64,000 nt of DNA from an uncultured Candidatus Saccharibacteria bacterium (GCA_964510945.1 CAZEED010000003.1:16222-80221); one strand, 5' to 3'; positions 56,311-64,000 are shown, counted from the stretch's first letter. Made by a program: numbers and translations. Notes: generated by a model from the letters alone, not told the origin.

Positions 56311-57516
56311 ATGTCAGAAGGAATGCCGCGAAAAGTAATTGGCCCATCAGCAGAAGATATTGCACGAGTGCAAAGTGATTATATTGATCCGATGACTATG
56401 GGCGTACTAAAACTGTCATCATCTGAAAAACATGGATCGCCGACTTTACGACGAGCTCTTGGTGCGGGGGTAGTAGCTGGTGCTTTATCGCAAAACGGTG
56501 CAGCATCATCAGCTATTGCGCCCGTAGGGATAACAGAAGAGTTACCGAATGTTCATGCAGCACCTACTGGAGAATGGCTGGCGCAAGACGCAGAGTTTTC
56601 TACAAACCCTGAAGATATGCAAGTACAAGACGGAGAGCTAAAGCTTAGAATAAATAACGACTATCAAAGAAGGTTTGAAACTGATGGTGAAGACGCTGTT
56701 GATTCAACTGATCAAATAGAAGAATTCATTGATCAAAACCGAGATAGCCTGTCTAATCCTGATTTGATTGAAGATGTTGATGTCACAGGATTAGTATCGG
56801 CTAACGATAACCGTGAAAACCTTGGCGAAGAAGGTGTTATGGAATTACAAACACCTGGTCCCGATCTAGATGGTAATGGAGAAACTGAACAGGTAAAATT
56901 GGCCCGTGAGCGATACGAAAAAGCCAAAGATTCGTTGGTAGATTGTGTCCAGGATGAGTTCGGCTATGATATTAGTGACAAGATAAAACCTTTTGACCCT
57001 GTACGTGACACTCACGAAGACTCATTTACTGATGATGAGGTAGCCAAAGCAGAAGAGTTCAAAGATCGTTTTGGATATGACAGTGTAGAGCAGATGATTG
57101 ATTATTATGAGGGTAACTTCGGCACATCAAGAGATGTACCTCCAGCCGTTGCCCAATTTTTAGATCATGCTATCGCAAGAGAACAAGGCGCTAAAATCGT
57201 GATCACATTAAAGCAAGAAAAACCCGATATTCCTCCTATCGGTAAAGAAGCTCCAGTCACACCTGTTATGGCCCAAATGGTACCCGGATTTATACCAGCT
57301 GATTCTGGAATAGACAGAAGAGGTTGGGATAGAAAAGTTGAAGATAAAAAAGGTGGAAAATTACCATCAGGTCATTTCAGAAGAGCGCATCACCAAATTC
57401 AGCCACGAGAATTCAATATGGGTAAGAGATCACACAGTTTAATGGGTGGCCCAAGACGTGGAAAGATAGGAAGAAGTCACGGCGGAAACCGAAGTTTTAA
57501 AAGAGGACGAAAATAG
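56311..57516 (+). CDS. Hypothetical acidic protein with Arg/Gly/Lys-rich C-terminal tail
   Basis: 401 aa with no recognisable domain. Upstream promoter TTGCAA-17-TAATAT lies at 56232-56260. The last 60 or so aa are strongly basic. Confidence 0.6.
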   Translation: MSEGMPRKVIGPSAEDIARVQSDYIDPMTMGVLKLSSSEKHGSPTLRRALGAGVVAGALSQNGAASSAIAPVGITEELPNVHAAPTGEWLAQDAEFSTNPEDMQVQDGELKLRINNDYQRRFETDGEDAVDSTDQIEEFIDQNRDSLSNPDLIEDVDVTGLVSANDNRENLGEEGVMELQTPGPDLDGNGETEQVKLARERYEKAKDSLVDCVQDEFGYDISDKIKPFDPVRDTHEDSFTDDEVAKAEEFKDRFGYDSVEQMIDYYEGNFGTSRDVPPAVAQFLDHAIAREQGAKIVITLKQEKPDIPPIGKEAPVTPVMAQMVPGFIPADSGIDRRGWDRKVEDKKGGKLPSGHFRRAHHQIQPREFNMGKRSHSLMGGPRRGKIGRSHGGNRSFKRGRK

Positions 57517-57556
57517 CCAACCAATTTAATCACGCGATTTGATGATATTCTGTTAG

Positions 57557-57985
57557 TTGATGATAGATGATTTTAAACCAGAGTTAACGCCTAAAGAAAT
57601 GTTGGAATTAGGTGTTTTTGGTGGTAATTATTTTGATGGAGATTACGAAGAATTCCCTAAAGACTGGTTTAGTAATGCCCGATTAACAGACGGCAAACCC
57701 GACCCGAAATTGAACTTTTTTGAAGTAAGTGCTAGCCAGCCATTGAGCGTTTGGCAAGAAAAAGGCTGGATAAATCCACAAGATCCACTAGGGTGGTTTC
57801 AATGGTATTGCCGATATTATCAGGGCAGAAGAAGTAAAGATGATGATCGCCAAATAAAACGTTGGAAGGCTATGAAGCGTCACATAGCGCAGATTAAAAA
57901 GGGGTGTAGCCCCGGAGATTTGACTTGTCGTCGCAAACAGCGTCAGGCGCTACTACATTGGGCCTATGATAGTCGAAAGATTTGA
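57557..57985 (+). CDS. Hypothetical conserved-looking 142-aa protein (GWFQWYCRYYQGRR motif)
   Basis: Trp/Tyr-rich motifs. I cannot assign a family. Confidence 0.55.
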   Translation: MMIDDFKPELTPKEMLELGVFGGNYFDGDYEEFPKDWFSNARLTDGKPDPKLNFFEVSASQPLSVWQEKGWINPQDPLGWFQWYCRYYQGRRSKDDDRQIKRWKAMKRHIAQIKKGCSPGDLTCRRKQRQALLHWAYDSRKI

Positions 57986-57990
57986 GTTGT

Positions 57991-58707
57991 ATGACAGCTA
58001 AACAATTAATTAATGAATTAAATAGCTATGAAGACCCAGCGCGGGCAGTTCATTCGCAGAGGTTTTTTAAGACAGGCAAAGGGCAGTATGGAGAAGGCGA
58101 TGTTTTTATTGGCCTAACTGTGCCACAAACTAGACTAGTCTGTAAAAAGTACAAAGATTTGTCAATTGATGAGCTAGAAAAGCTACTGGAAAGTCCGATA
58201 CATGAGCATCGTTTGGCTGCAGTAATAATAATGAGACAACAGTCAGAGCGTGCAAATTCTGTACTCAGAAAATCACTGTATGATTTGTATTTATGCAGGA
58301 CGGATAGAATCAACAATTGGGACATAATTGATATTAGTTGCCATAAAATTGTTGGCGTATACCTAGCAGACAAAGATAGAACGATTTTGTACAAATTAGC
58401 ACGTTCAAAACAGATGTGGGAGCGTCGAATCGCTATAATAAGTACTGCATATTTTATCGACAAGAATGATTTAGAAGATACATTTAAAATTACGAAAATA
58501 TTGTTAAATGATGAGCAAGATTTAATACATAAAGCTACGGGCTGGATGCTGCGCGAAGCAGGTAAAAAAGACGAGACGAGATTGAAAGAATTCCTAGATA
58601 AATACGCATCAATGATGCCTCGAACCATGCTGCGCTACAGCCTCGAGAAGCTTCAAGACACTGATCGCAAACACTACATGCAAACGAAAAGTGTTAAAAT
58701 TGAATAA
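57991..58707 (+). CDS. DNA alkylation repair protein (AlkD/AlkC-like HEAT-repeat glycosylase family)
   Basis: FFKTGKGQYGEGDVFIGLTVPQTR and WERRIAIIST...ATGWMLRE are typical of the DNA_alkylation family. The ATG lies 6 nt after the upstream stop. Confidence 0.8.
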   Translation: MTAKQLINELNSYEDPARAVHSQRFFKTGKGQYGEGDVFIGLTVPQTRLVCKKYKDLSIDELEKLLESPIHEHRLAAVIIMRQQSERANSVLRKSLYDLYLCRTDRINNWDIIDISCHKIVGVYLADKDRTILYKLARSKQMWERRIAIISTAYFIDKNDLEDTFKITKILLNDEQDLIHKATGWMLREAGKKDETRLKEFLDKYASMMPRTMLRYSLEKLQDTDRKHYMQTKSVKIE

Positions 58708-58708
58708 T

Positions 58709-59338
58709 ATGAAAACTTTAGATTTGCCAAAGATTAGAATAAAAGACGCTTGGTTGCTGCGGATGAATGCGTCGGCGCATATACATAAATTATATGCAAA
58801 AAAAGGTGAACCGCTTGCGGATGATGAGTGGATGGCTAGAAAAGTTAAGTCTTACCAAAAGGCGTGGAAGCCGTTCGAAGAAAAAATTCTAACTTCGATC
58901 TGTGATGTACTTGATTTGCGGTTTAACCAAAACATAATAAATGTATATATTGCTCCATGGTTTTTTGCTTTTAGCGAACCCTTAGTAATCGGTGTCACAA
59001 GAGGTTCAGATGAGTTCATTGATACCTTAACCCATGAACTAATACATAGACTATTAACAGATAGCAACAAAACACCAGAGGATCTTACGAGAATAAGTGA
59101 TGAATGGAAAAATTTATTTGGTAAAAACCATTCTTTTAATACATTGGTGCACATTCCAGTCCATGCCGTTCACAAATATATTTATCTTGACGTTTTAAAA
59201 GACCCATCTCGACTAAAGCGAGATTACGAAAAAGACAGAAATGGCCCCGATGATTACATAAAATCCTGGGATTATGTTAATAGAATCGGTTATAGAAAAA
59301 TAATAAAACAACTAAAGGATAACTACGATAGTCTTTAG
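58709..59338 (+). CDS. Hypothetical protein with HExxH motif (possible zinc metallopeptidase-like)
   Basis: LTHELIHRL is the only recognisable motif. The ATG lies 2 nt after the upstream stop. Confidence 0.45.
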   Translation: MKTLDLPKIRIKDAWLLRMNASAHIHKLYAKKGEPLADDEWMARKVKSYQKAWKPFEEKILTSICDVLDLRFNQNIINVYIAPWFFAFSEPLVIGVTRGSDEFIDTLTHELIHRLLTDSNKTPEDLTRISDEWKNLFGKNHSFNTLVHIPVHAVHKYIYLDVLKDPSRLKRDYEKDRNGPDDYIKSWDYVNRIGYRKIIKQLKDNYDSL

Positions 59339-59431
59339 CAAAAAGCAGAAGCGACTCTATTCGTAATGTGTTCTGATTGAACCCTTCAATATCGACGTTT
59401 CGCGAATGCGAGATGGTACAATTGCAATTAT

Positions 59432-59776
59432 ATGGAAGCTATGGAGACAGCTAGGTTTTATTTCGAACTTTCTAATAAGAGCGATTTTGATAATATTGAA
59501 AAACTATTTACGGATAAAACAGTTTATATTTCTCAGACAACAGGGGAGTACGTTGGTAAAAAAGACATTATTGCCATGCAAAGGAATTTTCATGGTCAGT
59601 TTTCGTCTCTGAACTGGCGAGTTACTTCTGTAAAAGAAGTAAAACCCGGCGTGATTTTATTCGATTTCGATTTTGTGGGTGAAATGCTAGATGGGGAAGT
59701 CATGAAAACCTCCGGCCAAGAAACCGTATCGGTCAGCCATAATAAAATTATAAAAATAGTAATCACAAAAAAATAA
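59432..59776 (+). CDS. SnoaL/NTF2-like fold small protein
   Basis: 114 aa. The pattern (ARFYFELSNKSDFDNIEKLF...) is typical of SnoaL-like proteins. Weak assignment. Confidence 0.5.
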   Translation: MEAMETARFYFELSNKSDFDNIEKLFTDKTVYISQTTGEYVGKKDIIAMQRNFHGQFSSLNWRVTSVKEVKPGVILFDFDFVGEMLDGEVMKTSGQETVSVSHNKIIKIVITKK

Positions 59777-59848
59777 CTGCGAGTTCAGTATAAGATAATC
59801 TTGTTTTTGTTTGGGTCTCGTCGTTCACGGGCATCGGCAGAAACCGAT

Positions 59849-59963
59849 GAATTGTAGTATGCAAGAACCGAATCAAGCTGAAAACCAGTCGAGAATCCTA
59901 TACTAAAAACAATATTCGAGACCGCTTGCGTTTTTTCGGCGCGGTTCTTGCATACTACAATTC
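59849..59963. repeat. Perfect 22-bp inverted repeat separated by 71 nt
   Basis: GAATTGTAGTATGCAAGAACCG (59849-59870) and its exact reverse complement CGGTTCTTGCATACTACAATTC (59942-59963). Confidence 0.9.
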
Positions 59964-60073
59964 AATAGTGTTTATGACTCAGCCCAGAGTTTTATATTAC
60001 TTTGGCGATACAAAGTAATGAGACGCTGAGCTTAGGCTCACAATGAATAGATTGTGCTAAAGTTAAAGTACTT

Positions 60074-61327
60074 ATGAAGAATCCTAATTCTCAATTTCCG
60101 CCGAATTTTTTATGGGGAGCGAGTACATCATCACACCAGGTGGAAGGCGGTAACCACAACCAATGGTCAGTGTGGGAACTAGCCAATGCCAAAAGCTTGG
60201 CAAGGTCGGCGCATAGTAGACTGGAGTGGCTACCTAACTGGTCAGAGATAAAACAGCAGGCCGAGGACCCGAACAACTATATATCTGGACGAGCGATTGA
60301 TCATTACCGACGCTACATAGAGGATTTTACTATTGCCAGAAGCTTGAACTTAAATTCGTTTAGATTTGGGATTGAGTGGGCCAGAATTGAGCCGAAAGAG
60401 GGAAGATGGGACAATGCGGAAATTGAGCATTATCGAAAGTATATTAAGGAGCTTCGAAAGCATGGGCTGGAGCCAATTTTGAATATTTGGCATTGGACTA
60501 ATCCGGTTTGGTTTGAAGAAAAAGGGGCATTCAAAAAGCGGGCAAATCTAAAATACTTTGATAGATATGTGCAAAAAATTTCTTCAGAATTCGGCAGTGA
60601 GCTTACTTATATAATTACCATCAATGAACCAAATGTGTATATGAGCAATAGTTACGGAATGGGGTGGTGGCCACCTCAGGAAAAGAATTGGATTAGCGCA
60701 TTAAAGGTGTATTTTAACCTCGTATCTGCACACAAAAGATCTTATAGAATACTTAAACATGATAATAAGCATTTGATGGTCGGAACGGCGCCGCAACTTT
60801 CCAATATACAGCCCAAGCGCGCTCAGAATATTATTGATAGAATGAGCGTGAGGTTAATGGAATATTTTTGGAATTGGTGGTTTTTAAACCGGATTCGTCG
60901 GTGTCAAGATTTTGTAGGTCTTAATTATTATTTTTCAGACTATTATCGAAATGCGAAAATGGATAACCCCGAGACTCCGAAAAACGATTTAGGATGGTAC
61001 ATGGAACCAGAAGGATTACATCCTTTACTGAAAAGAGTTTGGGCTAGGTATCGTAAACCGATAATCATTACCGAAAGTGGCGTTGCAGATAGTCAAGATC
61101 AGTACAGAAAGTGGTGGTTCGAACAATCAGTGATAGCAATGGAAAGGGCGTTAAGTGAAGGGGTGCAGGTAGTCGGGTATCTGCATTGGAGCTTGCTTGA
61201 TAACTTTGAATGGGCGTATGGTTGGTGGCCCAAATTTGGACTAGTTAGCGTAGATCAAAAAACTATGAAGCGCGAGATTAGACCAAGTGCTAAATATTTG
61301 GCAAAAATAATAAAGCAACTTAGCTAA
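60074..61327 (+). CDS. Glycoside hydrolase family 1 beta-glucosidase
   Basis: 417 aa with the acid/base TINEPN and nucleophile ITESG motifs. Confidence 0.92.
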   Translation: MKNPNSQFPPNFLWGASTSSHQVEGGNHNQWSVWELANAKSLARSAHSRLEWLPNWSEIKQQAEDPNNYISGRAIDHYRRYIEDFTIARSLNLNSFRFGIEWARIEPKEGRWDNAEIEHYRKYIKELRKHGLEPILNIWHWTNPVWFEEKGAFKKRANLKYFDRYVQKISSEFGSELTYIITINEPNVYMSNSYGMGWWPPQEKNWISALKVYFNLVSAHKRSYRILKHDNKHLMVGTAPQLSNIQPKRAQNIIDRMSVRLMEYFWNWWFLNRIRRCQDFVGLNYYFSDYYRNAKMDNPETPKNDLGWYMEPEGLHPLLKRVWARYRKPIIITESGVADSQDQYRKWWFEQSVIAMERALSEGVQVVGYLHWSLLDNFEWAYGWWPKFGLVSVDQKTMKREIRPSAKYLAKIIKQLS

Positions 61328-61361
61328 GTTAATTCGTTAGTGCATAGACCAATGTATAAAA

Positions 61362-61390
61362 CCCCACATGTAGTGTAGGGGTTTTTCTTT
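61362..61390 (+). terminator. Rho-independent terminator after GH1 gene
   Basis: CCCCACA-tgtag-TGT(A)GGGG followed by TTTTTCTTTTT, with an A-tract 5' of the stem. Confidence 0.8.
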
Positions 61391-61434
61391 TTGTCAAAAC
61401 TGTGGATAAGTATGTGAGAAACAGATAAAAACCC

Positions 61435-61489
61435 TTGCATGTGGGTAGTAGTGGGTAGTATATTGATAGCCAGTGGGTAAACGTGGGTT
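61435..61489 (+). promoter_or_regulatory. Putative dcw promoter (TTGCAT-18-TATATT) overlapped by four MraZ-box-like direct repeats
   Basis: GTGGGTA occurs at 61441, 61451 and 61473, and GTGGGTT at 61483. These form two pairs with a 10-bp period, about 100 nt upstream of mraZ. Confidence 0.65.
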
Positions 61490-61590
61490 AGCCCATAACC
61501 AACGAATCCTTAACTGCTAGCCAAAATAGCTTGCAATAAGGGCAAAAAATAAAAACCACGAGTAACAATTAAAAAAGGACTGACCAAACA

Positions 61591-61950
61591 ATGGCAACGG
61601 TGGATTATTTCGAAAGGAGACTTGACGACAAGCATCGGTTAACAATACCGACTGAGCTTCGAGCTGAGTTTGCGAGCGGAGTAGTCGTAACCAGAGGATT
61701 CAAACAATATTTGCACTTGTATCCAAGAGCTGTTTGGGACGAACTGGTTGAACCGCAACTCGCAGGGAATATCTTGGACGAGAAAACTGCGGATCTAAAT
61801 GTACAGTTTCGTAGCGGTAAAAGTGAAGCAGCCCTAGATCAAAAACAGGGCAGGGTTCTATTAGAACAACATTTGCTTGATTTTGCCGGTATAACACGAG
61901 ACGTTGTGGCAGTTCGGGCCGGAAAATACTGGCGACTAATAGCGAAATAG
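61591..61950 (+). CDS. mraZ: Transcriptional regulator MraZ (short form)
   Basis: 119 aa with the DDKHRLTIP motif and a second DQKQGRVLL repeat. Confidence 0.88.
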   Translation: MATVDYFERRLDDKHRLTIPTELRAEFASGVVVTRGFKQYLHLYPRAVWDELVEPQLAGNILDEKTADLNVQFRSGKSEAALDQKQGRVLLEQHLLDFAGITRDVVAVRAGKYWRLIAK

Positions 61951-62282
61951 TCGTGCACAGTTAGCACATTAACATTTTATAGATCGAATAGAACAACCAA
62001 ATAAACGAGGTTAGCTATTCGGCAATCAACAGGTGGAAGAAGGTAACCACCTCATAAAAACCTTAGTACCTTACACTAAAACACCTCCCAAAACTCCACC
62101 TCACACAAAGTCTCTCAAATGAATTAGTTAGAATGTTTTGAAATGAAGTCTTTATTGGTTTTTAAAACGAATATATATTCTTTCAATGATCAACAGGCTA
62201 ATTAGTTCTTAACAAAATCAAAAACAAAAACGTACAAAACAAAAAGTTGATTGCTGAATAGGTGACCTTTCAAAATAAAAAT

Positions 62283-63203
62283 ATGAAAACAAAAATCACC
62301 AAAGATCACCAAATACATACTCCAGTTCTTCTTCGCGAAGTGCTGTCGTATCTTCAGCCGAGTCAAGGCCAGAGTTTGCTTGATTTGACCGCAGGATATG
62401 GTGGCCACTGTTGCGAGATACTGAAGCGCACCTTATCATACGAGGACACTATACTTGTCGACAAAGATCAAACAGCAATTGATTATTTGACGAATAAGTT
62501 TGGCGACAAAAACGTAAAGATCATAAAAGATGATTTTTTATCGGCAAGCACAAAATTATTTCAAGCTCAAAAAAAGTTTGACTTGATACTTGCAGATCTG
62601 GGCGTTTCTTCGGAACATTTTGACAATAAAGAGAGGGGTTTTTCATTCATGGAAGATGCACCTCTAGATATGCGCATGGATCAATCCGCTGACCTGACTG
62701 CTAACGATATAGTTAATAGCTATGAGGAAGTAGAAATTGTAAAGATTCTAAAGGAATATGGGGAAGAGAAGTACGCAAAGCGAATTGCCAATAGGATTGT
62801 AAAAAGCCGACCAATAAAGTCAACTCTAGAGTTAGCGGGATTGATTGAATCGGCTGTGCCTAGCCGGGGACGAAAAAAAATAAACCCCGCAACAAAGACT
62901 TTTCAAGCACTGAGAATTGCAGTTAACGACGAAGTTGAAAGCTTGAAAAAATCCCTACCTATCTGGCTAGAGCTATTAAATCCTGAGGGAAGAATAGTCG
63001 TAATATCTTTTCATAGTATTGAAGATCGCATTGTCAAAAAGTTTTTTAATGTCGAAGGCAAGTCGGGTTACGAGAGTAGGCTAGAGATATTAACGAAAAA
63101 GCCAATAACCGCTAGTCCTCATGAATTAGATTTAAATCCACGTGCTCGAAGTGCAAAACTCCGAGCCGCAGTAAAAATAAAAAAACAGGAAGGAGCAAGT
63201 TGA
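62283..63203 (+). CDS. rsmH: 16S rRNA (cytosine1402-N4)-methyltransferase RsmH
   Basis: HTPVLLREV, DLTAGYGGH and SFHSIEDR motifs. The ORF-track GTG at 62262 is an alternative start. Confidence 0.93.
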   Translation: MKTKITKDHQIHTPVLLREVLSYLQPSQGQSLLDLTAGYGGHCCEILKRTLSYEDTILVDKDQTAIDYLTNKFGDKNVKIIKDDFLSASTKLFQAQKKFDLILADLGVSSEHFDNKERGFSFMEDAPLDMRMDQSADLTANDIVNSYEEVEIVKILKEYGEEKYAKRIANRIVKSRPIKSTLELAGLIESAVPSRGRKKINPATKTFQALRIAVNDEVESLKKSLPIWLELLNPEGRIVVISFHSIEDRIVKKFFNVEGKSGYESRLEILTKKPITASPHELDLNPRARSAKLRAAVKIKKQEGAS

Positions 63204-63292
63204 ATGCCAATTCAGGTACGAAGCAGCTCCCGAGCATACAAAGTTCGGGTGAAAGTTCTTTAAATAAAGGATACTGCACCCAAAGTAGTAAT

Positions 63293-63321
63293 GGTGAGCA
63301 CGACAAAATAACGTGCTCACC
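63293..63321 (+). other. Perfect 10-bp stem hairpin in rsmH-ftsL spacer
   Basis: GGTGAGCACG-acaaaataa-CGTGCTCACC with no T-run after it. Confidence 0.6.
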
Positions 63322-63363
63322 GCAGTGAACAAACACAAAAATAAAAACTTAAACGAGATAAAT

Positions 63364-63714
63364 ATGACATATTCGAGTTCGCTATCAATGACTAGACAAC
63401 AGAGATTTGGTCAAAGAAATCAAAATACAACTAGCCTTCGTTCAGAACAAAAAGGTATAGGACCGATAAGTAATTCGATAATTCTAATTGTTTTAGCATG
63501 TATTTTGGGACTATTATATTTAGCCCAGATTACTAAAACTAACGCTTATGGATATAAAATAAATTCACTAAACGAAAAGCACTCACAGCTTAGACAAGAA
63601 CATTCAGAACTTGAAGTAGCTTCAGCTAGATTGCAGGCTCTTGATCGCGTTCAGAACAGTGAAGTTGCGAAGAGCTTAACTCCTGTTGCACCGTCCGGCA
63701 CTATCGCTAATTAA
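63364..63714 (+). CDS. ftsL: FtsL-like cell division protein (TM + coiled coil)
   Basis: A single TM segment (IILIVLACILGLLYLAQI) is followed by a coiled coil. It lies between rsmH and ftsI. The ORF-track GTG 63313 falls inside the hairpin. Confidence 0.7.
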   Translation: MTYSSSLSMTRQQRFGQRNQNTTSLRSEQKGIGPISNSIILIVLACILGLLYLAQITKTNAYGYKINSLNEKHSQLRQEHSELEVASARLQALDRVQNSEVAKSLTPVAPSGTIAN

Positions 63715-63719
63715 CAACC

Positions 63720-64000
63720 ATGAGGCCAGATTACAGCCAAAAAACCCCAAATACTTTAATGCGTGTACGTACTTGGTACATTGTTCTTGTGGGGATATTC
63801 GGCTTGATAATCCTTCGCCTTTTTTATTTACAGATAATTCGACATGATTATTATAGAAATACGGCACTACTTGGACAGTATAAAGAATACGAAATAGCTC
63901 CTGAACGCGGAGTCATAGAAGCACACGATGGTGATCGAGTTGTGCCAATAGTACTTAATGAAAAAAAGTTTACGCTGTTTGTTGATCCAAAATACGTCAA
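63720..64000 (+). CDS. ftsI: Penicillin-binding protein FtsI/PBP2-type transpeptidase, N-terminal fragment (3' end outside window)
   Basis: My own translation is MRPDYSQKTPNTLMRVRTWYIVLVGIFGLIILRLFYLQIIRHDYYRNTALLGQYKEYEIAPERGVIEAHDG... This gives a TM anchor plus a typical PBP dimerisation-domain start. The frame stays open to the window end. Confidence 0.8.
   Translation, partial: MRPDYSQKTPNTLMRVRTWYIVLVGIFGLIILRLFYLQIIRHDYYRNTALLGQYKEYEIAPERGVIEAHDGDRVVPIVLNEKKFTLFVDPKYV

Noticed and set aside
59847-59906. Tiny ORFs starting with ATGCAAGAACCG on both strands of the 22-bp inverted repeat (15-19 codons), considered as a possible type I toxin.
   Set aside because: The products are hydrophilic rather than membrane-toxin-like, lack an RBS, and exist only because the repeat arm happens to contain an ATG.
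61401-61409. Perfect DnaA box TGTGGATAA (complement of TTATCCACA) upstream of mraZ.
   Set aside because: It is a single copy. A 9-mer is expected about 0.5 times by chance in 64 kb on two strands. There is no cluster of boxes, no AT-rich unwinding element context and no dnaA or dnaN nearby. It is therefore not an origin.
1-64000. CRISPR arrays, tRNA or rRNA genes, IS elements, integrases and prophage genes.
   Set aside because: I saw no short direct-repeat/spacer periodicity, no tRNA-like T-arm or acceptor patterns in the intergenic gaps, and no transposase, integrase or phage structural motifs in any ORF. None is reported.

Overview
This is a gene-dense, low-GC 64-kb window with about 70 CDS, almost all on the + strand. 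I recognised no rRNA, tRNA, CRISPR array, transposase or integrase. The content is mainly housekeeping: ftsA-ftsZ, nrdR-nrdJ, ileS, rplU, parAB, lepB, an LCP protein, htrA, prmC-prfA-rpmE, rpsB-tsf-frr-uppS-rseP, proS, greA, lysS, serS, hpf-secA-prfB-ftsEX, pyrG, rpmA, xseAB, recO-glyQS and mraZ-rsmH-ftsL-ftsI. Gene order resembles Firmicutes, but biosynthetic members of the conserved clusters (pyrH, cdsA, dxr) are missing, and several proteins are short forms or carry basic tails. By inference only, this suggests a reduced monoderm CPR/Patescibacteria genome, most likely Saccharibacteria-like. The standard genetic code is supported because RF1 and RF2 are both present and TGA is used as a stop. 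The most notable observations are these. (1) A clear heliorhodopsin homolog sits between lysS and a HAD hydrolase, with no retinal pathway in the window. (2) A T-box-like leader with a canonical UGGUACC antiterminator bulge lies upstream of a cupin-ileS operon, but its specifier and read-out are ambiguous. (3) A histidine-kinase-like and receiver-like gene pair has Glu at both phosphotransfer positions and is coupled to recO. (4) Two non-coding gaps hold unexplained structure. One is a roughly 130-nt rod-like imperfect palindrome after glyQS, inside a 337-nt gap. The other, upstream of an isolated GH1 gene, is a 297-nt hairpin-rich gap containing a perfect 22-bp inverted repeat. (5) A small accessory block (CYTH, NUDIX, Pif1-like helicase, NYN, an acidic protein with a basic tail, an unknown ORF, AlkD-like, HExxH, SnoaL-like) occupies 52.5-59.8 kb. 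I did not find a compelling multi-gene defence or biosynthetic system. The candidates above are ranked honestly and need HMM or covariance-model checks.
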